Assembly: GCF_009914755.1 (NCBI RefSeq)
Contig: NC_060927.1
Reading direction: 5' to 3' (one strand)
Length of the DNA: 64,000 bases
Source: the human T2T-CHM13v2.0 reference genome, Homo sapiens
Numbering within the stretch: position 1 is the stretch's first letter; every line of letters starts with the position of its first letter. The notes under the pieces were generated by a model. The model was given only the letters and a program-made list of their open reading frames with translations. It was not told the origin of the DNA and ran no database searches. Below are positions 31,233-42,157 of this stretch, one piece after another. Position numbers and translations under genes: made by a program.

Positions 31233-31485
31233 GTTCATAAAGGTGGCACGTCTGGAGTTGTTCCTTCCTCCCATCTGGAGTTATTCTTTCCTGCCAGTGG
31301 GTTGGTAGTCTCGCTGGCTTCAGGAGTCAAGCTGTAGACCTTCGCCGTGACTGTTACATCTCTTAAAGGAGGGGCAGATCCAAAGAGTGAGCAGCAGCAA
31401 GATTTATTGCAAAGAGCAGAAGAACAAAGTTTCCACAGCCTGGAAGGTGACCTGAGCCGGCTGCCTGGCTGGCTCGGGTGGCCTG

Positions 31486-31710
31486 CTTTTATTGCCTTTT
31501 CTGGCCCCACCCACATCCTACTGATTGGTCCATTTTGCCAAGAGCTGATTGGTCCATTTTACAGAGAGCTGACTGGTCCGTTTTGACAGAGTGCTGATTG
31601 GTCCGTTTACAAACCTTTAGTTAGACACAGAGTGCTGATTGGTGCATTTACAAACCTTTAGCTAGACACAGAGTGCTGATTCGCGCTTTTACAAACCTTT
31701 AGCTAGACAG
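31486..31710 (-). promoter_or_regulatory. LTR12 promoter/enhancer: CCAAT (NF-Y) array and TATA-like box
   Basis: ATTGG at 31524, 31548, 31597 and 31638 (CCAAT on the minus strand), ~41-bp tandem units, and AATAAAAG (-) at 31486-31493. Activity is not shown by the sequence. Confidence 0.7.
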
Positions 31711-31719
31711 AAAAGTTCT

Positions 31720-32110
31720 CTAAGTCCCGCCGGACCCAGAAGCCCAGCCGGCTTCGCTTCTCAATGGCAGTCGCAGCGGGACTTTGTGGCACCTAGCCCG
31801 GGCACTCTGGCAGCCCACAGGGAGCTCATCCCCCGATCAAGCCCAGCAGGCGCCTGCCGGCTGCGGGGCCCGCCAAGCCCGCGCTCACCCGGAACCCACG
31901 CCGGCCCGCTAGCGCCGGGCGCGCAGCCTCGGCGGGCGGGCGCCTCGCCTTCCACACCTCCCCGCCAGCAGAGGGAGCTGGCTCCGGCCTCGGCCAGCCC
32001 CAGAGAGGGGCCCCCTCAGCGCAGCGGCGGGCTGAAGGGCTGCTGGAGCGCGGCCAGAGCGGACGCCGAGGCCGAGGAGGCGCCGAGAGCGAGTGAGAGC
32101 TGCTAGCCAG
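31720..32110. promoter_or_regulatory. CpG-island-like GC-rich segment of LTR12 U3
   Basis: Dense, undecayed CpGs in an otherwise CpG-poor window. Confidence 0.8.
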
Positions 32111-32673
32111 TTGTCACCTCTCACAGAGAGGTAAGTGTATAATATGAAGAGTCCGGAGACCCAGAGGTTCTTCTCAGTTTTTCCTCTGGCTCAGTGTGAG
32201 AACGGGGTTAACGTTCTTTGCTTTTTTGGCCTCCCTTCTCATCCTCAAGAAAGAGGGTTTGGAATCACCTATAGATTTACTGCAAAACTTACGTAGTTTA
32301 TACTTCATGGATCCTCACTTGCACAGGTCACTTTCAAAGCCCTGGGAGCGCAAATGTTTCTGACTTCGTATTTTAAAATTATTTTTCTTAAGCCACCTCA
32401 CGCCCGCAACCCCAGTGGTATGCACTGCTGGATTCATCACTGATTAGAATACATTATTTAAGGTTTCCTCCAGTTCGACAATCCAGTCCTTCTATGTGAA
32501 TACTTAATAATTGTTTATATCTAGTCACTCATAACTGTTGTCACCCATAGTGTTTTCTCTCCTAGGAAGTTTCTGCTTTTTAAAATAACACTTTACAGCT
32601 ATTATGAAGATTGATTTTCACTGAGATGTTGTAAAAACTCTGCAGATCCATTATACTAGACCTATATATACCG

Positions 32674-32993
32674 TGTATTATACTAGTCAGGATTCTCCTG
32701 AGAAACAGCACCACTAGGTTCTGTTCAAGCGCAGGAGATAAGAAAAAATATCCCAGCTCAAGCAGTGAGATGAAAAGAAGGGGTTAGTCCTCCTTCCTCC
32801 ACCTTTTGTTTTATTCAAGCCTGCAGTGGATTGGATGATGCTCACACCATGGGTAAAAGGAATCTACTTTACTCATTCCGCCGATTCGAAAGCTAGTCTC
32901 ATCTGGAAACACCCTCATTGACGCAGTCAGAAGCAATGTTTAATCTGGGTACCCCCTGGCCCACTCAAGTTGACACATAAAATTAACCATCAT
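32674..32993 (-). mobile_element. MLT2 (ERVL) LTR, internally deleted
   Basis: 'ggattctcctgagaaacagcacca...caagttgacacataaaattaaccatca'. Confidence 0.85.
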
Positions 32994-33054
32994 ATCTGTC
33001 TTCTTATCTTTAATTCTTCCCTCTGCTGACTTTTCTTGCCTCTGAGTTTAACAG

Positions 33055-33240
33055 TTCTCAGACTGTGATCTCAGCATTAGGTACATCAGAATCATTAGGA
33101 GTTTTATTTTATTTTTTTAATGAAATTCTCAGGACTGCAATCCAGATTTACTGAATAATAAAAGGGGGGAGGGTTGCAGATACAAGAAACCTACGTTTTG
33201 AACACGTCCTCCAAATGTTTGTGTCCCCTAGTCTTTAAAA
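33055..33240. mobile_element. MER5-like DNA transposon relic
   Basis: 'acatcagaatca...aattctcaggactgcaatccagatttactgaat'. Confidence 0.5.
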
Positions 33241-36200
33241 GTCAACTATTCATTTCCATGTTCTAGAAGGTGTGTGTGAATGTGCTTTTTCAAAATCGGG
33301 AGCAGATGGCAAGGAGAATAAGAATGTAAAAAAAGCTAAATGTAGGTGAAAATTTGTGACCTATTCCCCAAACAAATATAAAAGGATGATATTATTATAT
33401 TTTGATGTATTATATCACATGATATTCTGTGACTCAATGTACATCCTCTTTTTATTATGACATTTTCACTTTCCATTTTTCTTGGTTCTCATAGCTGGTC
33501 TAAAAAGAGGAGAGAGAAAAGCTAGAAAGAAAAGCTGCCCTTGCCTTGTTGAATTTCTCGCTTGTAGTTCCAGAACATGAGAAGAGGTGTTCTGGATAGA
33601 CTAAGAGAAGTTATGGGGCAGAGACACTTGGTCTCACCCCTCTATTGATGCTCTGGGGAGAATCTTTGTGTAGACCTCCCTTATACTGCAAGGGGCTGCC
33701 CCAGTAAAGTTAGGAGAGAGGTGCAGCATACACACACACAGAGTAAAGGTCTAGTTTGCACACTGATCCTTTCTGAATTCCCTATGTGCTAGACGCTGAG
33801 TTGAGAGCCTGCTGCCTGCCATGAGGCCTTATGAGGGAACTCAAGATGACCACAGGAAGGAAGCCATGTGCAAAGCATAGACCAGGAACCATAATGAGTG
33901 AACAGGAGAAGCTTAAGGGCTCCAATATATTTTCATGTTGAAAGGAGAGATTTTAGAATGTTGTGGTAGTTAGATGAGTCCCACTTCACCTCACCCCACC
34001 ATCTCCTGGAAGCCCCTGAGAAACAGTCACAGACCACAGTTGGGAAACACAATTTCCATTATGAGAAGCCATCAACACTAAAAGTTGAAAAAACAAAGGG
34101 AGTATTTACAGAGGGCTTTTCACAGTGCTGTAACATCTTCCGCTAGTTTTTTAATACGATAGTTTGCTTGAATAAGTGTGTCGGGAAGATAGAGAATCAA
34201 AAAGGAAAAACAAAGATGTGAAACAATTAGTTGAAAAAGACTTCAATCAGCTGAGATTCTATGCTGGATTTTGGAAGACGTAATCACATATTGTATGTGA
34301 TTACCAGGGGTACCAGCAAGTGTGTGTGTGTGACAAAGAAAAGTGTACATTATTTCAGCTGATGTGTCTGTTGCTCAGTTGAAATGTTATGCTGCCCAAG
34401 CTGTTGAGGTTGTGTATTTTCTTATTCAGTAGTCATGCATTTCACTGTGGATTTAAAAATGGAGACTCACCTCAAGGATTCACTGGAAATAAAAGTTATT
34501 ACAGCCAAGCAAGTTGTTCGTTTGCTCCTTATTTTCAAGTACCAGGAAGTTTGATATGGTTGAAGGAAGTGTATAAATGAAGATTGGTACAGTATAAATA
34601 AATAATTTTTGTTTGATGTGAAGAGAACTTTTAACATAACTTTTGTGAAAAAAATTTTTAAAGAAAAACAAGAAGGCAAATCCAGCCAAGTGTTTCTTGA
34701 AAGCCATTTCTCAATGTCATAAAGGATTCGTGGGAAAATATTAAATGTGGGCAATCAAATTAATTTCCATTAATTAATTATTCTGAGTTTTCATGCTTCT
34801 TGGAATCTTCCTCTTAAGAGCTCAGTCAACAATTTTAGTCTTTACAACCACATGTAAGGTCAAGATGGATATATTAATTTGAGGCTCAGTATTGACCATC
34901 ATATCTAGGGGACAGCTCTTTATAAGCATAACTTTAACCAATTTTATATTTTCAACTCACGGTTAGTGGTGTTCTTGAATATAATGAGTAGGCAACAAAA
35001 AGAAATAGGAAGAGTATTTGGAAGTCAGGCCATTCATTTATACAAACGATTTACAAACATGCTGTTGAAACATACAGCTCTTACTTGCAGTGTGGTTTTC
35101 TGTGCATCAGTGTTATTTACCCACATTTTGTTAACAAGTGTTTTGTGTCATGAGGTTGCAGATAAATGCATATAAAATGACAAGTACTATTATTATTGAT
35201 TCTCTTAAACAGTAGCTTTGAGATTTGAAGACATTCCATCAGCATGTTGATCAGAAGGAAAAAGGCGCCTTAGGAAAGAGGCTAAACTGGTCTATAAAGT
35301 TATTTGAAGGAATCATCTTGGGAAGTTAGTTCCAAAAGAAAAACTTTCTATTGCCGGAGGGCTATTCATTATCTCTGAGGTTGGCAGATTAGTGAGTTGC
35401 TGTTGTCTTTGATAACATGTCTAAAATAAGCTCAAAGTTATGAGATCAGTTCTGGTATTAAAGAGTTAGTTTTACGTTGTGGTATTGTTGAGCTCTACCA
35501 GAACTCCAGGGGCTATTTGAGAATTCTGGGTGTACATTAAAAATCCATTTTCACTACCCAGGATATACTTTTGTCTACATGTCAATGGTTTTAATGACTA
35601 AAGCTGGGTATGCAGCAAAAAATGGTATTGGTTTTACAGTAAATTCTTACTCATTTTATTTCATTTTTAGCAACAATTTAATTCTTAAAATTCCTGGGGA
35701 AGTAAAGATTAATCAGATTGGATGAATAATTTTCAAATTATGCTGTGCTCTTACCAATTTCCCCAGAATTCAATGTCTGCCAAACTTTTAATATTTATTT
35801 CTCCCAGGGATTGTAATTACATTGTTGCTTATTCTAGCCAACATTTTTAAAATCGGATTTTGTTTTTCAAATGTATCAATATTATCACTAAATATTTATT
35901 TGGCATACACATTTCTACCTTACCTTTTCAAAGATCAGTCTCATCTCTAGATGCTATTGTTCTTAATGATGCAAATGATTTGCTGTTTGACCAATATGGC
36001 TGCATAAATCACAGTGAGAGTAAGTACTTGTAGTGATTGAAACTTCTAAGTTACCTCTGTTCTGCTACAATTTGCTCATTTCCTGTATATAAAAAAACAC
36101 AATATTTTACTTAGTACTGACTTTTCCCCATGCCTGAGGAAGTAGTAAACTCTCCAAGAAAGGAGAAATGGCTACATATTTCTATAGAAACAGGAAAACA

Positions 36201-36705
36201 AGCTATAATAAAGACTATAAATTTGGATACGTGTTAAATGGCTGAGGAGTATATCTGGTGCTGTGATAGCTGTTAAATGCATTTTAACATCCATAATAAT
36301 TGACAATAGTAGCAAAACAATCATCATGAATAGTGAAACAAACATAAACTAAAAAGAAACTGCTGTTGATTATTTTTTGTGACTGTTTCTAGTGCCAGAT
36401 AATTCTTCCCTACTGTGATAATGGTATGAAACATCAATATAAACTATAAAATATGAAGGAATTTTCAAAATATTTTCATAATTATTTCATTACCCACACT
36501 TTCATTTTCAAAAATATGTCAAAATATGTTAATACTATAGTCGACTTGATAAGCTGGACCTTCTAAGAAAAAGATTGCACTTTGTTTTATACAATAACTC
36601 TTTCAGTAACGTTTATTGTGGACTTGTTGTGTGCAAGATTCTTTACCAAATTACAAAGATAAAAAGATTAATGAAATATGTATCTTATTTCAAGATACTG
36701 TGAAC

Positions 36706-36806
36706 TTCCTTCTTTTCCTTCCTTCCTCCCTCCCTCCCTCCCTCCCTCCCTCCGTGCCTTCCTTCCCTCTCTTCTTTGTTCCCTCTCTCCCTCTTCCTTC
36801 CCTCCA
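36706..36806. repeat. (CCTT/CCCT)n pyrimidine tract
   Basis: Read directly from the sequence. Confidence 0.9.
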
Positions 36807-36922
36807 TTCCGTAACTATATTTTGAACTGTTGCTTGTTAGACCTAATGCTTAGCACTGGACATAAAGCATGATATTTATTTTCATTAAATCAATTCAAGA
36901 AAAACTTTCAAACAAAACAGTC

Positions 36923-37621
36923 TATAACTAAGCAGCTTAGCTCAAACTGCATTTACCATTTTTTTCTTTCTTCCTTTCTCTCCAGTCTCAAGATGTAGCT
37001 TTGAGCCAAACTACAAATGTGTTTTCTTTCATCTTGAAATATAGCCTCGGAATGTGCTGTGAACCTCCACTCTCCTCTCCCTTTCCCACTTTATGCTCCC
37101 ATGCCTTATGCACATTTATTTGCCTAGGTACTTGTTAAGCACACACCATGCTCTCTTATCTGGTCATAAATTTCCTTAGAAGCTTTAGGGGCCGGATCCT
37201 GATACAGAGCAGACACCTCCAGAGTTCTTTCCAACGCGTGATTACCTCAAGCCTGGAATCCACTCTTGACTAGAGATTGACTGGAAGATTGACTGCAATT
37301 GATTTGTAACCTGGTTGGGCCCATCCTGGCACGGGTTCCTTCACTAGATGGAATAATAATTCAAAACAAGTCATCGGAGCAGGTTGCACCGCCTGACACC
37401 TCCTAAGCCGTTTGTTTCTCCTGCATTCCAAACCTCTCGCTTTAAAAACCCCTGCATTCCCTCCACAAATTAAAGAGTGGAAATGTTTGGAAAGAATTCC
37501 GCCCAGTCTTGCCCTTGCTACCACAGATAATAAAGCTTGCTCTCTTTCTATCACACCTCGCTCTTGTTATTTTGGCGTCTTTCTCCAAGCAGCAAGCAGC
37601 TGGACCCTTTTGCCTGTTACA
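36923..37621 (+). mobile_element. ERV1-class solo LTR (family not assigned)
   Basis: Termini tataac (probably from tgtaac) ... gttaca. 4-bp TSD agtc at 36919-22 and 37622-25. TATA-like tttaaaa at 37441 and AATAAA at ~37529. Confidence 0.8.
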
Positions 37622-38989
37622 AGTCTTTAAATAGGGTAGTTTTCAAATGTCTTCCTCAGTAAAAAATATGATTCTATCCCTCCAATAACATAACCTTTTT
37701 TTTTCCTTTTCTGTCTGTTGGGAGGAGTTTAAAAAGAAAGCGTGGGCATTCCATATGTATATGAAATTTCCTGTTGGTTCCTGAAAAAATGATAAATTTT
37801 TCAATGATGTATCTAGAAAATAGTGACTTCTGTGATTTAATTTATGATATACTAGCATATGTTTTGTGGCAGAAGAAAACCCTTAAATTTAGTATGCAGA
37901 CCTCACTGTTGGGGGCACAATGGAACAGACTCATACTGAGACTTGCCTGCATTCTGGATAGGGCAATTGAGTCCGTAGAGCTGCACTTCATCATCTGCTA
38001 AGTCAGCAGTTAATTTTCTTTCTAGTGCATTATTTACTTCAAAATTAACATTCATGAGAACTCAAGGAATACAAGCTAGCCTAAAGAGTTAGGCTTTGTC
38101 TACATTTGTCGTCTGCATGAAGGGAGCAATTTTACAGCACCCCAGGTGCCCTAACACGTTGACAGCCTGGCAGTATTTTACACTTAAAATTCTTCAGCTG
38201 AATACTGGACATTTTGAACAAGGACGTTACATTATTCTTGGTACTTACGGCTACACAGCAAAAGTAACATCTGGGAAGGAAATAAGTCGTTACAAATGGA
38301 TGTGGACATCTGTTTTCTGATGGAAAAAGAGCTTCTGTCCTACAAAATATTTTCTTGTAATAATGGATAATAATGTTTTTATTTATTTTTATTTGTTTGC
38401 TTTTAACTGGAGACCACAGAATTTTCTTATAAAATATTTATTTGCAATATTCCAAGCATTGTAGACCGCTTTGTCTAGTGGCAAGTCCTGATCTCTGTAG
38501 TAACAGTGACACCTATTTAGTGTGGCAGAGTGGCTTTGGTGTCAAAAAGACATTGCTGCAAATCTCAGTATTTATAACAGGAACTACTTTCAATTCTCTC
38601 TTGGGGATTTTTGTTATCCACATATCTCCCTTTTAGTGGGAGAGCAAAGCCAGTCTTGCTGTTTTTGAACTCTTACTTAAAATCTAACCTGGGACTAATA
38701 AAAAGAAAGTTAGAGATCCTCTCTGGCAGCCAAAGTCCCTGAAGTGAAAAAGCAGAGAATGAGAATTGTTTGTTAAAAGTGACCACAGCAAAAGCTAGAA
38801 GGTGAGGACCAAAGGAGAGAGCTGGTAAGAGATACTCTGTGACACTGGTTGTCCAATCATTGAAAACACTGAGTCTTTGTGGGTCTCCGGCAAACTTCCA
38901 GTCCTCTCCTGCTTTCAGCGGAGAGTCTCCACTTAATAATTTAAGAACTCCACTTACACTAGCCTTTCTATTTGCATATCTTTCTTGAT

Positions 38990-39650
38990 ACTTCTTCTCC
39001 ACCACCCTCAAACCCCAAGCACTAAGATTTTCTCAGTTGTCCTTCTGAATATCTATTGCATGCATTTGACTTCTATTCATCGCTGATCTCCATGGCCATT
39101 TCCCACTGTCTAAAACTTTTCAACCAGTGCCATTGACTGAGGCCTTCAGCAATTTCTGTAATATATTCCTGAGTAGTGCTTCATGATCTCATCTTTGTCT
39201 ACCTTTCCAGCTTAATCTGTATTGTTCTCCTTTCTTCTATATTGCACAGAAGCCATCTGGGACTTGCAACTTCCGTTTGCTGTTCACAAAAGCCATGTTC
39301 ATTTCAAGGCAGGAATATCCTCCCTCACATTTCTCATCTGCTGTATTCCTACTCACTCTTCAGTTCTAACTGAAAGTTCACTTGCTTATAAAGGCCTTTC
39401 CTGACCTCTTAGATTGTGTTATTCCCTCTGCTGTAGGCTTTCACAACACCTTGTATTTTTTAATATTAACCTTTTTAATATCAACTTAAAAAATCACAAT
39501 CACTTAATGTGTTTGTTTTCTACCAACCTGTGAGTTACAAGAAATTGGGTACCATTCTGTTTCTGTTTATCTTGTATTGCTAGGACTGGGTAGAGTGCAT
39601 ACACGTAGTAATGCCTAAATAAAGACTTGTTGCTTAACTAAATGGATGAT
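38990..39650 (+). mobile_element. L2 LINE 3' relic
   Basis: Degenerate L2 3' end 'aaggcctttcctgacc...gtagtaatgcctaaataaagacttgttg...aatggatga'. Confidence 0.6.
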
Positions 39651-39964
39651 AATATCAATAATTCATTTGGGAATTAGACATAAACACCAATTTACTCTAT
39701 ATAGTATCAACAAATCATCAAAGACATCAATTTGGATATTACAAATAATGGAAATCCTTATATGTAGAATTAGGGCCGTTATTTATTTTTAAAATCACTT
39801 ATTCCACATGAAATTATTGTACACCTCTGTAAGCCCGAAGAACCACTGTTATACCAGAAGTTGTTTTGAAATGGTAGGTGTTCAAACTATAGTTGTACTA
39901 CATGTTTTACAGTATTATTTATTGTGTAACTTTGGTTTAAAAATACATAATTTATAGATCACAG

Positions 39965-40345
39965 AAAGGTATATTAGATTATTATTCAAAAGTATTAATT
40001 TCCTCCCCATCTACCTCCGTGGCACGAGTGTACTTCCCTGTCTCTTGACTTTGGGTTTGGATGTCACTTGTTTTGGCTTGAGGGATGTCAGCAGATGTGA
40101 CATGTAATACAAACAAAAACTCACCATGTGCTTCTGCAATTATGGGCTTGAACAATTGTTTTTCTGACATTCTGTTAAAGAACTTTCACCCTGAAACCTG
40201 CTGTCCCCTTAAGATAGACCTGTCAAATGAATACATAGACTGCAGAGCCAACCCAGCTGACCTGCAGACCCAATACAGAAATGCATGCTTTTTGTTGAAT
40301 GCCGTTATTATGTGATTGTTTGTTATGCATAAGAGTTTACGTATA
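39965..40345 (+). mobile_element. MLT1-type MaLR LTR
   Basis: 'gagtgtacttccctgtctcttgactttgggtttgg...acttgttttggc...cagcagatgtgacatg'. Confidence 0.7.
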
Positions 40346-41489
40346 CACGGAGTTCCCATGTAAATTTGTAGGCGAGATGGTGTAAGGCAGATGGTCACTT
40401 GCTGCCTGAGGACATCACATAAGTGAAACCTCCTTAATTATTTGAATGCAATATAAATATGTAAAGATTATTAAGGCTGTGATGTTAAGTTGTTAAATAG
40501 AGAAGTACAAAATAACTGATTGAAACATCATAGGAGTAAATAAAGAAGACAGTCAAGGATGGTTATGCAGCTTTCATCCCCTAGGTCCTCCCACTCCAGG
40601 TTACCGCCTTCTAATCATAGAAACTGGCTCAGCTCTGTGTCTTACATGAGTCTCTCTCTCTCTACTTTCAAGTCACTTGAAATGATCAGAGAACCAGTGA
40701 ATTCTTAACTAACAGAAGCTAACTAGATTTGTCCCCAAATTGTAATACTAAAACATGCAGAGATTTTTGTGAAGGCTGTAACCAATCATTAAAATATAGA
40801 AGTGCGCGATCTTCGTTTCACCATCATAAAGCATCAAAAGGCATTTTTAACATGATGCTATAATTCATAATCAGTAAAAATTTTCCAGTACGTTGGAAGC
40901 TGAAGTATGCTTTCAAAAAATGAAATTGGTACTCTACTTCCATTAATGAGTGCTTTGAAGTATGTATGGAGATAGCTTTCCTCATTTTCAGTAATTCTTC
41001 TTGTTCATTACAGCATTTAAAGGGGTAGAGGGTGGGGAGTAAAAATATCATTTTGCAGGCACAAAAATTTTAACTAGCAGCAGATGGTGAGACTGTAAAG
41101 AAACTGCTCCTCACATGAAACTTACGGAAATTGGTTTCTTTCTGATATAGTCACGCATCATTTAGTTCTAGAATCAGGGGTCAGGGCAATACTTGCCATA
41201 TGCTAACCCTAGTATATCTGCCTCTTGCTGGTATAGATGCTACATCTCAAGGAATTTGGTTTGAGCCAAAGCTGCTGTAATTTTTATAATAACAAGCCAT
41301 GGTCTTTGCTGACATTTTACCGCTGCCCAATAATGAGTTCTCTCTAGAGCTGGAAGCTGTTTTTTAAAATTTGAAATAAAGTTTAATCTTACTTAAGTTC
41401 TTTGGAACAACAACAACAAAAAAACAAACTTTATTAATTTTTTACATGCAACCTAGTCTTTCTGTCTGAGAACAAAGGAAAACTGGTGT

Positions 41490-41491
<2 letters not shown>

Positions 41492-41529
<38 letters not shown>
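41492..41529. repeat. (TG)19 microsatellite
   Basis: Read directly; continues as cgcgtgc. Confidence 0.97.
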
Positions 41530-41533
<4 letters not shown>

Positions 41534-41618
41534 TGCTCCCCTGTGTACGTGCACCTGTTGAGGTGAGGGTGGAAGAATGCCATGGAGGAAGGAACAGGCT
41601 GGAAATTTACAGTCCTTC

Positions 41619-42157
41619 TCTGGTAATTTAAAAAATGTGTCCACAAGTTCTTGGATATACTTTCCTTCCAAAGTCAGAGACAAATTCCTCTCTTGCTGAA
41701 TGTGGATTGGAATTTTTGATTTGTAACTAACAATGGGAATGTGGTAGAAATGACGCTGTGACTTCCAAGACTAGGTCGTAAAAAGGACAGCTCCTGTCTG
41801 GCTCTCTCTTGGATCATTTGTTCTGGGAAAAGACAGCTGCTGTGTTGCGAGGTAACTCAAGTAGCCCTATGGGGAGTGGAACTGGGGCCTCCTGCCAACA
41901 GCAAGCACCAGTTTGTCAGCATGTGGGCACACCATGTCAGGGGCAGTTCTTTCAGTCCCAGTCAATGCTTCAGTGGACTGGAACTCTTTAGAGTATATGA
42001 CTGCACCTCATGAGGTACACTGAACTAGAACTGCCCAGGTAAGCCAGTCTTGAATTTGTGACTCACATCCATTGTGTGAATTTATAAAAGTTTTTTACTA
42101 TTTTAAGCTACTAAGTTTTGAGGTAACGGTTACTCTGCTATAAGTAACTAATCTGCA
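41619..42157 (+). mobile_element. MLT1F/E-like MaLR LTR
   Basis: 'gtgacttccaagactaggtcgtaaaaagg...ttttaagctactaagttttgaggtaa...taactaat'. Confidence 0.8.

Larger units (their letters stand above)
30990..32123 (-). mobile_element. LTR12 (ERV9) solo LTR, LTR12D/E-like
   Basis: Minus strand begins TGAGAGGTGAC and ends TTCCGGACACA. Contains a GC-rich U3, tandem CCAAT units, an AATAAAAG box and U5 repeats. Confidence 0.96.

Noticed and set aside
31515-31710. Regularly spaced direct repeats resembling a CRISPR array
   Set aside because: These are LTR12 tandem enhancer units. There are no unique spacers and no cas genes, and the DNA is eukaryotic.
31235-32124. Pro/Ala/Arg-rich ORFs
   Set aside because: Stop-poor, GC-rich LTR12 sequence.
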